From NCBI GenBank assembly GCA_946623205.1, contig CAMOQV010000002.1:1-38566 (forward strand): a stretch of 38,566 bases of DNA. Reading direction: 5' to 3'. The position numbers and the translations under genes were made by a program. This DNA comes from an uncultured Clostridia bacterium. GTDB taxonomy: Bacteria > Bacillota > Clostridia > Christensenellales > UBA3700. This document shows positions 1 to 8,857 of the stretch, in pieces. How positions within the stretch are numbered: the stretch's first letter is position 1; every line of letters begins with the position of its first letter. The notes beneath the pieces are model-generated. The model saw nothing but the letters and a program-made list of their open reading frames with translations. It was not told the origin of the DNA and ran no database searches.

Positions 1-29
1 TTTTCTTTTTTAAAGAAATTGATATCCAT
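1..29 (-). CDS. 5' end of an unidentified CDS running off the left edge (MDINFFKKE...)
   Basis: ATG at 29-27 (minus) with GGAGG (41-37) 7 nt upstream, directly after the XRE stop at 44-46. Only 9 codons are visible. Confidence 0.3.
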
Positions 30-43
30 TTATATGCCTCCGA

Positions 44-259
44 TTAATAACGATTGTCCTCAAGATTGATGCCAAGTAAAACATCTGCTGAAACTTGTAG
101 TGTATTGCAAATGTCATATAAGCTTTGCAAAGATGGTTCAGCACTACCATTTTCGTAGTGAGAAATTGTTCTTTGTGATAAGCCTAAAAAACTAGCAAGC
201 TCTGCTTGCGACATACGTTTTTCTTTACGATACTTTCTTAGATTAGTTGCGAAATCCAT
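44..259 (-). CDS. XRE-family helix-turn-helix transcriptional regulator (71 aa)
   Basis: Sequence LRKYRKEKRMSQAELASFLGLSQRTISHYENG is the classic Cro/C1-type HTH signature, and the size is typical. Confidence 0.9.
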   Translation of the reverse strand: MDFATNLRKYRKEKRMSQAELASFLGLSQRTISHYENGSAEPSLQSLYDICNTLQVSADVLLGINLEDNRY

Positions 260-486
260 AAATACCTCAAATTATTTTCCGATCTTTATCTTTAATCAAA
301 ATATTATCAAAAAGGTTTAGCTAAGTCAATACAAAATAGCCACTAATTGTCCAAGATTTTTGCTATTTTTAAGTTTAGCGCGGGCGAGAATTTAAAGTAT
401 TAATTATATTAATGCGCGTTATATTGTATTTTAAAGTTTTGTTTGGTATTATTATACTTGTATAAATTGCTACAAGAGGAATAGTT

Positions 487-3400
487 ATGAAAAAATCTTT
501 TAGAATTATTTTAATCGTTGTTATGTTACTTGCTGTTGTATTTACTTTATGGGCATGTAATGATGACGATGATGTAATAAAATCTCTTTCTGCTCCAGAA
601 AATGTTTCTACAATTGGATCAACAATAAGCTGGAATGCGGTAAATGGTGCATCAAAGTATGAACTAATTTTGCCAGGCGCAACAGAAAGCGTTTCTACAA
701 ATAACACATATTACAATTTAGATATTTCTCAAACTGGTACTTATCTAGTTAAGATTAGAGCTGTTGGGGAAAATACATTAGGTGAAACTATATATAGTGC
801 ATACACTGAATATACTTTTACTAAATATGAAAAGTTAACAACTCCACAAGTTGGTGTATCAGGAAAAACTGTTTCTTGGGGAACGGTTTCAAATGCAGAT
901 TCATATCTAATTAAAGTGTTAAATTCTGAAGGAACTGTTATTCATGAAGTTTCTCAAAGTGAATTATCTATTGAATTAACAGATGAAAAATTTTCAGCAA
1001 TAGGCAAATATACAATTCAAGTAAAAGCTATTCCATCAAAGCCAGAATACGCAAACTCAGATGCTGGAATTAGTTATTATGTAGTTTCTACTACATTAGC
1101 GACTCCAGCAATTAGCAATGTCTCAACAACATCTATTAGATGGACATCAATTTCTGGTATATCTAGTTATAAGGTTTATTTGTATAAAGTTGGACAAGAT
1201 TCAGAACTTGCTACTTATACAACAACTTCAAACTCATATGCATTCTCAAATATGAAAGTTGATGAAGATAAAGATGGTGAAGTTGATTACTGTATTACAG
1301 AAAAAGAAGGAACATATTATTGTTTACTTCAAGCTATAGGCGATGGTGAAGTTTATAAGAACAGCACAATTTCTACAAGAGATACAACAAGAGATTTAAA
1401 AGTTATTTCATCTTTGACTGGCGATATAACATTAGAAAAAGAATCTGGTTCATGGGTGTTGAAATTTACATCTAAAAATCCAGATCAACTTGCTTCATTT
1501 ACTGTTTCTCTAAAGACAACAAAGGCTGACGATTCAGCTTCAATGCCAGCAGTAGAGAGTTCTGTATTTATTACAGATACAGATTTAACATACATTGTTG
1601 CTACTGGTGATTTCGACGCACAAAAGATTTATTATGACGAAAAGCCAGCTGGATATGTTAAGAATCTAGCAGAAAAGAAAGCAGGTACAACATATTATAA
1701 ATTTGAATTAGATACTGCTACAGATACATATAAGTATGTAGAATATAGTGGCACATTATCTTCTTTTGAAGATTATTATATCAAGCACGATGCAACTTAC
1801 TATGAACAAGCAAAAGGCGTAGCAACTTACGTGCAAGTTGGAGAGAATGAAGCATTCTCAACAAGATATAACTATTACATTAAAGATGGAGACGACTATA
1901 AGTTAGTTGAATCTAAGTATCTTGCTGGTACAATTGATGAACTAAGTGAAGATACAACAATTATCTATATGAAAGATAATGGAGATAACACATTTGCAAA
2001 GATCGGAAATATAGAAGCTTTAAGAACTCTTTATCCAACAGATCATACAACTAAATATTGGGCATATAAGCCATTTACTGAATTTGAACAAGGCGTAACA
2101 TATTACAAAGCAACATATGCAGATTTAACAGCTACAGAATATGCAGCAGGAACATATTATGTTGCTCAAAAAAAGCAATTCACACAAAATGTTGATGATT
2201 TGTTCTTCACTATAAATGGAGAAGAATATACATATAAAAAATCAGATATAGCATATTATGGCAAAACTTATACAATTACAGTAACTCCAAAGGGAGCTAA
2301 AGATACAGTTCTTCCTGGAAGCGCTGTTGTTTGTGACGACCAATATGTTTCATATAGAAAACCAACAAAGATTACAGATACAGCATCTCCATTTGTTGGA
2401 TACTATAAAGTAGAATCACTAGGTGATTTGCAATATATTGCATATGAGCCAAATGCTAAATATGTTCAAATGAAAGATTTGGATGCAGAAGGTTATGTAT
2501 GGACTCCAATCCCATTATTTAGTGGTACATATGATGGCAATAATCATATGATTTCAAATATCGTATACGGGAAAAATGAAAATTCTGGACTATTTGCTGC
2601 ATGTGCATCAGCTACAACAATACAAAACGTATACATTGTAAATGCATCAAATGTCGCTAATCCAACAGGAACTGTTGGTGGTATCGTAGGCGTAGCTACT
2701 CAAGATTTGTCTATAGCTAATTGCTATGTTAAAGGTGCATTTAGTGATGCAAAAGTCGTTGGCGGTATTGTTGGCGTTTATGCAACTCCAACTGGTTATA
2801 GCGCTCTAATTCGTAATTGCCAAGCAGATGTAACAATTAAAAATGTTGCTGCAGCTGGTGGAATAATATATGATGCTGCACCTCAAGATGTAGATGGTAT
2901 TACAATCGATGGCTGTATCGCAATAGGCAGCATTACATCAAATGATCCATATTTTAAATTGGGTGATTTTGAAGCGTTAGATAATAGCGGTGTTAAATAT
3001 GGCATTAAGGATGATGACAACATCTATAAATATGAAAACAGCACATATGTTTTATTAGGCACATATAGTAATAGAAATACAGATGCATTTAAAGATGCAA
3101 ATGGAAAATATTATTCTGCATACTATTTTAGAATGATGAGTCAATTAAACGAGCCAAATAGATATGGTGGAATTGCAGGCAAGTTGATTAACGCTCACGT
3201 CATGAATACTATTGCTGCAGTTCAAATTGACGTCAAAGCTACAGATTTAGACATTAAAGCTGGCGGTTTTGCTGGCGAAACATTAAATTGTGCTATCGCA
3301 AATTCATATACTGGTGCAAAATATACAAGAGATTCTAAAGACTTAATAACAATCACATCAAGCGGAAGCGAATTGTCTTGCACAGGCGGTTTTATTGGAG

Positions 3401-3978
3401 CAGTTGATGCAACATCTATTATGGATTGTTATACTACAGCAAAGGCGTTTGGTAGAGATAATGTTGGTGGCTTTGTTGGATATGTAGATGGAACAAACAC
3501 TGTTATTACAAGATGTTATTCTGCAGGTGGTACAGTTTTGTTTGACGGTAAGTCTATAAATGTAACAGAAGGTACAACTTATACAAACAATTTTGTATAT
3601 CTAGCAATAGATAAAGATAAGCTTCCAAGTATCCCTCATGCTGGCTGCTTTAATTCTTTCGATGAATTATATGATGCATTAAAGAGCGCAGCAGCAGGTG
3701 TTGCTAAAATTGCAGATTATAAAGAACCTTGTCTATTAGACAATATCTATACATCTGCTTATTCAGATAAGATCAAAGCTTCAGGCGTATTATCTGTAAA
3801 AACATATATTGCAACAGATAATGCTGGCGAAATCGAAATTATCGATATGTTTGAAAATAAAGACAAGGCTGAAAGTATCATAATTGGAGATAAGACAGCT
3901 AAAGGTACAATTCTTTGGGTATTACAAGAAAAGGGTGTTGCCGGCAGAAGAGTTGTAATCTACGTTACTGTATCTTAA
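487..3978 (+). CDS. Large surface lipoprotein: three FN3-like repeats, a Tyr/Thr-rich middle region and a C-terminal GLUG-motif/beta-helix-like region
   Basis: Signal peptide plus lipobox (LAVVFTLWAC). Three repeats share an xxVSWxxVxxAxxYxI pattern. The C-terminal half carries repeated GG[IF][IVA]G motifs (GGIVGV, GGFAGE, GGFIGA, GGFVGY) after an FSGTYDGNNHMISN entry motif. Confidence 0.75.
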   Translation: MKKSFRIILIVVMLLAVVFTLWACNDDDDVIKSLSAPENVSTIGSTISWNAVNGASKYELILPGATESVSTNNTYYNLDISQTGTYLVKIRAVGENTLGETIYSAYTEYTFTKYEKLTTPQVGVSGKTVSWGTVSNADSYLIKVLNSEGTVIHEVSQSELSIELTDEKFSAIGKYTIQVKAIPSKPEYANSDAGISYYVVSTTLATPAISNVSTTSIRWTSISGISSYKVYLYKVGQDSELATYTTTSNSYAFSNMKVDEDKDGEVDYCITEKEGTYYCLLQAIGDGEVYKNSTISTRDTTRDLKVISSLTGDITLEKESGSWVLKFTSKNPDQLASFTVSLKTTKADDSASMPAVESSVFITDTDLTYIVATGDFDAQKIYYDEKPAGYVKNLAEKKAGTTYYKFELDTATDTYKYVEYSGTLSSFEDYYIKHDATYYEQAKGVATYVQVGENEAFSTRYNYYIKDGDDYKLVESKYLAGTIDELSEDTTIIYMKDNGDNTFAKIGNIEALRTLYPTDHTTKYWAYKPFTEFEQGVTYYKATYADLTATEYAAGTYYVAQKKQFTQNVDDLFFTINGEEYTYKKSDIAYYGKTYTITVTPKGAKDTVLPGSAVVCDDQYVSYRKPTKITDTASPFVGYYKVESLGDLQYIAYEPNAKYVQMKDLDAEGYVWTPIPLFSGTYDGNNHMISNIVYGKNENSGLFAACASATTIQNVYIVNASNVANPTGTVGGIVGVATQDLSIANCYVKGAFSDAKVVGGIVGVYATPTGYSALIRNCQADVTIKNVAAAGGIIYDAAPQDVDGITIDGCIAIGSITSNDPYFKLGDFEALDNSGVKYGIKDDDNIYKYENSTYVLLGTYSNRNTDAFKDANGKYYSAYYFRMMSQLNEPNRYGGIAGKLINAHVMNTIAAVQIDVKATDLDIKAGGFAGETLNCAIANSYTGAKYTRDSKDLITITSSGSELSCTGGFIGAVDATSIMDCYTTAKAFGRDNVGGFVGYVDGTNTVITRCYSAGGTVLFDGKSINVTEGTTYTNNFVYLAIDKDKLPSIPHAGCFNSFDELYDALKSAAAGVAKIADYKEPCLLDNIYTSAYSDKIKASGVLSVKTYIATDNAGEIEIIDMFENKDKAESIIIGDKTAKGTILWVLQEKGVAGRRVVIYVTVS

Positions 3979-4469
3979 TGAATATAGAACTTGTTGAATA
4001 TAACAAAAATTATGCAAAAGCAGCGCTTGCTATATGGAATGAAATCGTAGAAGCAGGCGATGCTTTTCCTCAAGATAAGGTAATGGAACTTGATGAGTCC
4101 ATTACTTTTTTTAATTCTCAAACTGCAACAATATTAGCAATAGATAAAGAGACCAATATAGTTTTGGGCCTATATATTTTGCATCCAAACAACGTAGGGC
4201 GTTGTTCTCACATATGTAATGCTTCATATGCAGTTACTAAGCGCGCGCGTGGCCTTAAAATTGGGCGTATGCTTGTTAAAGATTGTCTAAATAGGGCAAA
4301 GGCTTATGGCTTTAAAATATTGCAATTTAATGCCGTTGTGGCAAGCAATCAAGTTGCACTAAATTTATATAAAGATTTAGGTTTTATACAACTTGGTGTT
4401 ATCCCAAATGGGTTTAGAAATAAAAATGGGGATTATGAAGCCATAATCCCACATTATATCGAATTATAA
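3978..4469 (+). CDS. GNAT-family N-acetyltransferase
   Basis: RARGLKIGRMLV...AYGFKILQFNAVVASNQVALNLYKDLGF matches the acetyl-CoA binding motif A region. I take the start at the ATG overlapping the upstream stop (TAATG at 3976-3980) rather than the 3915 extension. Confidence 0.85.
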   Translation: MNIELVEYNKNYAKAALAIWNEIVEAGDAFPQDKVMELDESITFFNSQTATILAIDKETNIVLGLYILHPNNVGRCSHICNASYAVTKRARGLKIGRMLVKDCLNRAKAYGFKILQFNAVVASNQVALNLYKDLGFIQLGVIPNGFRNKNGDYEAIIPHYIEL

Positions 4470-4475
4470 TAAATT

Positions 4476-6050
4476 CTATTTTATAACTACTTCGCCGTTT
4501 TCAACTTCAACAGCTTTAGCGTTAGTTACTTTGTCAAACAAAGCTAAAACTTCATCTGATGGAGCCTCTGTTAATAAAGATACTCCAATTGCAGTAGCAA
4601 TACCTACAATGAATCCTGGAATGATTTCATATAAGCCAGTATTGAAAATAGCACTTGTTCCACTATAGTATTCGTAATTGAACAAGAACATCCATAATAC
4701 GTCAACTACAAAACCAGCAATGATTGCAGAAACAGCACCTTTATAGTTTAATCTTCTCCAGAATAAAGACAAGATGATAACTGGTCCAAATGCGGCACCA
4801 AATGCTGCCCATGCAGCAGATACTAAAGTCATAATAGTTGCGAATGCTTTAACGATTGGTTGATCGCCGTATCCAAGCATTGCGATACCGAATGCTACCA
4901 AAGATATAACAACGACAATAATTCTACCAGCCCATAAAACTTGCTTATCTGTAGCGTGCTTGTTTATAGATGTTTTATAAACGTCTGAAGCAAAGGCAGA
5001 AGATGATGCAAGTAATTGAGAATCAGCTGTAGACATTGATGCTGCTAAAATTGCTGTAATAATAACACCACCAATAAATACAGGGAATACAGTTGAAGCC
5101 ATCTTAACGAATACTGTTGAAGATGCAGATGTTAATTCGTCGCCTAAGAATTTTCTTCCAACAATACCAACAACTGATGCCATGATTAGAATTAGAGCAG
5201 TCCATGAAATACCAATGATTCTTGATTTCTTCATTTCCTTTTCTGATTTAATAGCAATATATCTTACGATAATATGAGGCATACCAAAATATCCAAGGCC
5301 CCATCCAAGTCCAGTTAAGATGTTTGAAATACTTGCCCAATCGAACTTTCCAGAAGAAAGAAGATTGTAATAATTATCTGGAATTGTACCAGGGAATTGT
5401 GCTCCATCTACTTTTAGCATAATTGCTGCGACAATAGGTGTAATCATCAAAGCTGCTAGCATCAACATACCTTGTAAAAAGTCTGTCCAACAAACAGCAT
5501 TAAATCCGCCCAAAAATACATATGCAATAATGATAATAGTAGCAATTGTCATACCTATTCTTTCATCTAAATTAAATAGAGTTTTAAACAATGTTCCACA
5601 AGCAGAAATACTTGAAGCTCCATATACGCAATATACAATGATAAAGATTGACGCGCAAATTACTTGAAGAGATTTGCTTGAAGATAAGAATCTATTTGTT
5701 AAATATTGTGGGATAGTAATTGAATCTTTTGCAAGAATTGAATATCTACGAAGTCTTGGAGCTACCAAGAACCAAGCTAATATCGTTCCAATTAAAAGAC
5801 CAATTGAAATCCATACTTGACCAATACCATATAAATATATTGATCCAGGAAGACCCATTAATACCCAAGCACTCATATCTGATGCGCCTGCAGATAGGGC
5901 AGCAACCATACCGCCCATTTGTCTTCCACCTAAGAAGAAACTCTTTTCTCCGCTATTTCTTCTGTCGTGTAGGTAGAAGAATATTCCAATACCGATAACC
6001 AACATGAAATATAGGACAAAAGCAACAATGTTTCCAGCTTTAACTTCCAT
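4476..6050 (-). CDS. putP: Sodium/proline symporter (SSF family, PutP-like)
   Basis: FFLGGRQMGGMVAALSAGASDMSAWVLMGLPG closely matches the PutP N-terminal signature. The protein has about 13 hydrophobic segments. Confidence 0.8.
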   Translation of the reverse strand: MEVKAGNIVAFVLYFMLVIGIGIFFYLHDRRNSGEKSFFLGGRQMGGMVAALSAGASDMSAWVLMGLPGSIYLYGIGQVWISIGLLIGTILAWFLVAPRLRRYSILAKDSITIPQYLTNRFLSSSKSLQVICASIFIIVYCVYGASSISACGTLFKTLFNLDERIGMTIATIIIIAYVFLGGFNAVCWTDFLQGMLMLAALMITPIVAAIMLKVDGAQFPGTIPDNYYNLLSSGKFDWASISNILTGLGWGLGYFGMPHIIVRYIAIKSEKEMKKSRIIGISWTALILIMASVVGIVGRKFLGDELTSASSTVFVKMASTVFPVFIGGVIITAILAASMSTADSQLLASSSAFASDVYKTSINKHATDKQVLWAGRIIVVVISLVAFGIAMLGYGDQPIVKAFATIMTLVSAAWAAFGAAFGPVIILSLFWRRLNYKGAVSAIIAGFVVDVLWMFLFNYEYYSGTSAIFNTGLYEIIPGFIVGIATAIGVSLLTEAPSDEVLALFDKVTNAKAVEVENGEVVIK

Positions 6051-6123
6051 TTTTAGTCACGTTCCTTTAAATAATAATATAAAAATAATACTATTAATTA
6101 TGCCAAGTGCGCAATATATTTAA

Positions 6124-6157
6124 TAAAAAAAGGCCTCAGGCTGTACGCCTAAGGCCA
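6124..6157 (-). terminator. Rho-independent terminator of the 6176-7834 transporter gene
   Basis: GGCCTTAGGCG-loop-GCCTGAGGCC hairpin on the minus strand, followed by a T-run (A-run 6125-6131 on plus). Confidence 0.8.
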
Positions 6158-6175
6158 AATATAAACGAATAAATA

Positions 6176-7834
6176 TTAAACGTATGGTAGTGGTTCTTCT
6201 ACCTTTTCACCGATAGCATCTGTAGCGCTAGCGATAACTTTTCCTGTATAGCATGTGAATATTTCGTTAACTTTTGCTGGATTTAAAATACCTTTCTTAA
6301 CCTCAAGTCTATATGTGCAAATAGATACGATTGGAACAATGATAATTGTAACTATCATAGCAATAGCACCAGCTACAACTGCATTTGCAAGATTTAGAAC
6401 TTCTCCAGATGAGAATGTTACATTTAAGAAATTCCATCCAGACAATTTGTAGATTAAAGAGAAGATCATAATTGCTAAGCCAACAACAAAGCTTGACCAA
6501 ACTGCAGACTTTGTAACCTTCTTCCAATATAGACCGAACATAAATGGAGCTAAGAACGCGCCAGCTAAAGCACCCCAAGAAATACCCATTAATGATGCGA
6601 TTTCACTGAAGTTGAATACCTTTTGGACGATAGCGATTGTAGCAGAAATAATAATGAATACAGCAATAAATATTCTCATTATAAATACTTGCTTTTTATC
6701 ATCCATTTTGTCTTCTTTAACTATGTTTCCTTTGATTAAATCAAGAGTTAAAGTTGATGAAGAAGTCAATACAAGTGAAGATAATGTAGACATTGAAGCA
6801 GATAATACAAGGATAACAACAAGTGCCATCAAGAAGTCTGATGAGATAGCTTTTTCTAGCATTGATGGAACGATTGAGTCAAAATCTTTTGTTCCTGGTT
6901 CTGCAAATAATCTACCGAATCCACCTAAGAAGTAACAACCGCCGGCAACGATAATAGCAAAGATTGTTGAAATGATTGTACCTTTTTTGATATCTTGCTC
7001 GTTTTTGATTGCATAGAATTTACCAACCATTTGAGGAAGCCCCCATGTACCTAATGATGTTAGGATAACAACTGCGATTAAGAAGATTGGCATTGGGCCT
7101 GCAAATGAAGCATATTGCCATCCAGCATTTTCGCTTTCAGCAAGGGCAGCCATTGCTCCAGAGAATCCGCCTTGTGTATTTAGAACTGCTGCAATAACAG
7201 CTAGGATACCAATAATCATAATGATACCTTGAACGAAGTCGTTAACAGCAGTAGCCATATATCCACCAACTGTTACATAGATGGCTGTTAATAATGCCAT
7301 TATGCAAACAATAATAATATATGCTGTATTTTCATTTTGGAATCCAAATGCTACTGTGAATAATCTTGAAAGACCATTGAATAGAGAAGCAGTATATGGA
7401 ATTAAGAAAATAAATACGATAATTGCGGCTGCAAGTTTTAAAGCTTTTGAATCATAACGTTTGCCAAAATAATCTGGCATTGTTTTTGAATCTAACTTTT
7501 GAGTCATAATTCTTGTTCTTCTACCTAAGATAGACCAAGCAAGTAGTGAACCGATAAATGCATTACCAAGTCCAATCCAAGTTGAAGCTACACCAAATAG
7601 ATAACCGAACTGACCAGCATAACCAATAAAGATAACTGCGCTGAAATAAGAAGTACCATAAGCAAATGCAGTTAACCATGGACCAACACTTCTCCCGCCA
7701 AGAACGAATCCATTTACATTTGCGGCCTTCTTTCTAAAATAAAGACCAATGGCAACCATAATGCCAAAGAATACTACCATCATAATGATGTTCGTAACGA
7801 TACGAGATGTAGTAGCTGCTGCAAGTATGTACAT
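6176..7834 (-). CDS. Sodium:solute symporter family transporter, substrate unknown (possibly tyrosine, see T-box)
   Basis: VLGGRSVGPWLTAFAYGTSYFSAVIFIGYAG is an SSF signature, with many TM segments. Start set at ATG 7834 (MYILAAA), which follows AGGAGG; the listed TTG at 7852 lies inside the RBS. Confidence 0.8.
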   Translation of the reverse strand: MYILAAATTSRIVTNIIMMVVFFGIMVAIGLYFRKKAANVNGFVLGGRSVGPWLTAFAYGTSYFSAVIFIGYAGQFGYLFGVASTWIGLGNAFIGSLLAWSILGRRTRIMTQKLDSKTMPDYFGKRYDSKALKLAAAIIVFIFLIPYTASLFNGLSRLFTVAFGFQNENTAYIIIVCIMALLTAIYVTVGGYMATAVNDFVQGIIMIIGILAVIAAVLNTQGGFSGAMAALAESENAGWQYASFAGPMPIFLIAVVILTSLGTWGLPQMVGKFYAIKNEQDIKKGTIISTIFAIIVAGGCYFLGGFGRLFAEPGTKDFDSIVPSMLEKAISSDFLMALVVILVLSASMSTLSSLVLTSSSTLTLDLIKGNIVKEDKMDDKKQVFIMRIFIAVFIIISATIAIVQKVFNFSEIASLMGISWGALAGAFLAPFMFGLYWKKVTKSAVWSSFVVGLAIMIFSLIYKLSGWNFLNVTFSSGEVLNLANAVVAGAIAMIVTIIIVPIVSICTYRLEVKKGILNPAKVNEIFTCYTGKVIASATDAIGEKVEEPLPYV

Positions 7835-7856
7835 AATAACCCTCCTAAGCAAGAGA

Positions 7857-8100
7857 CAATAAAAAAGCCTCTATGCTATATACTTACATAGAGGACGAAT
7901 AAATCCGTGGTACCACCTCAATTCACGCTAAAGCGCCTCAAACATTTATACAGATGACTCTGTCGTAGCCTACACATCTTTCGACTTCGGTACGCTGCTC
8001 CAAGAATGTATTCATTATATTAAAACTGATGTTTTACACCAACCAACATCTCTCTTGAAGTTATTAATATAACTACTTGTTTCTCTTCGTTGCTTTATCA
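7857..8100 (-). promoter_or_regulatory. T-box riboswitch leader with intrinsic terminator; candidate specifier UAC (Tyr)
   Basis: Minus strand carries AATTGAGGTGGTACCACGG (7923-7905), the conserved T-box sequence. A CCTCTATG...CATAGAGG + T-run terminator follows (7894-7857). Stem I elements: AGTA...GAA-TAC-A specifier-loop pattern (codon at 8010-8008), an AGAGA bulge and a GGTGTAAA distal loop. Confidence 0.85.
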
Positions 8101-8102
8101 AA

Positions 8103-8131
8103 ATTTTATATAAAAACTATATTTATGTCAA
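8103..8131 (-). promoter_or_regulatory. Sigma-A type promoter for the T-box leader
   Basis: Minus strand reads TTGACA (8131-8126), a 17-nt spacer, then TAAAAT (8108-8103), just upstream of the leader. Confidence 0.6.
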
Positions 8132-8142
8132 GGTGAAATATA

Positions 8143-8151
8143 TGATAGAAT
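8143..8151 (+). promoter_or_regulatory. Extended -10 (TGaTAGAAT) only 6 nt upstream of the HAD gene ATG; possible leaderless transcript
   Basis: TGATAGAAT at 8143-8151, ATG at 8158, and no Shine-Dalgarno sequence between them. Confidence 0.35.
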
Positions 8152-8157
8152 AATCTT

Positions 8158-8856
8158 ATGAAAAGATTAACATTGTTTATTGATGCAGACGATACGCTTT
8201 TGGATTTTAATAAGGCAGAGACAAGAGCTATTAAGCAAACTTTTGAAGATTATGATTTATTAAATTACGATGGAATTATTGATAGCTATAAAAGAAATAA
8301 TCTAAAAGCATGGAAAGCGTTTGAGAAAAACGAAATGTCTCGTGATGATATTTCAACAGAAAGATTTAAATGGGTGTTTTCAGAATATAATATCGAGGGA
8401 ATAGATCTTAATAAAATCAACACATTATATTGGTCATATCTTGCGAAAGGTGCCGATGTAATGGATGGTGCAAGAGAATTTATTGAGAAGGTTTATAAGG
8501 ATAATGATTTGTATGTTGTTACAAACGGGACCGCCTTTATACAAGACTCAAGATTTGCGCTTTCGGATATGTCAAAATACTTTAAAAAGCGATACATCTC
8601 GGAAAATTTGAATACAAGAAAGCCAGCGAAAGAGTTCTTTGACTATATCGAAAAAGATGTAGGTTTTATCGATAGAAATACCTCTTATATTATTGGAGAT
8701 TCGCTATCTAGTGATATCCAATTAGGTATTAATGCGAATATAAAAACTATTTGGTTTAATAAAGAAGAAAAAACAAACGAAAAGGGAATCATCCCAAATT
8801 ATGAAGTTAAGAGCTTCAAAGAATTAGAAAAGTTAATTGATGAGTTGAGGAAGTAA
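8158..8856 (+). CDS. HAD-superfamily hydrolase (YjjG-like nucleotidase type)
   Basis: Motif I FIDADDTLLDF, VVTNG and a C-terminal IGDSLSSDI motif are typical of HAD-IA. Confidence 0.8.
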   Translation: MKRLTLFIDADDTLLDFNKAETRAIKQTFEDYDLLNYDGIIDSYKRNNLKAWKAFEKNEMSRDDISTERFKWVFSEYNIEGIDLNKINTLYWSYLAKGADVMDGAREFIEKVYKDNDLYVVTNGTAFIQDSRFALSDMSKYFKKRYISENLNTRKPAKEFFDYIEKDVGFIDRNTSYIIGDSLSSDIQLGINANIKTIWFNKEEKTNEKGIIPNYEVKSFKELEKLIDELRK

Positions 8857-8857
8857 T

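Noticed and set aside
375-707. Minus-strand ORF overlapping the lipoprotein promoter and 5' end.
   Set aside because: It is antisense to a well-supported gene, has low-complexity composition and no RBS.
3915-3977. N-terminal extension of the GNAT ORF overlapping the lipoprotein gene.
   Set aside because: The ATG at 3978 overlaps the upstream stop (TAATG) and begins a normal GNAT N-terminus. The extension is Cys/Arg-rich read-through in another gene's 3' end.
5720-6935. ORFs 5720-5998(+), 6255-6452(+), 6309-6578(-) and 6612-6935(+) inside the two symporter genes.
   Set aside because: They are antisense or off-frame shadows of long, motif-supported transporter genes.
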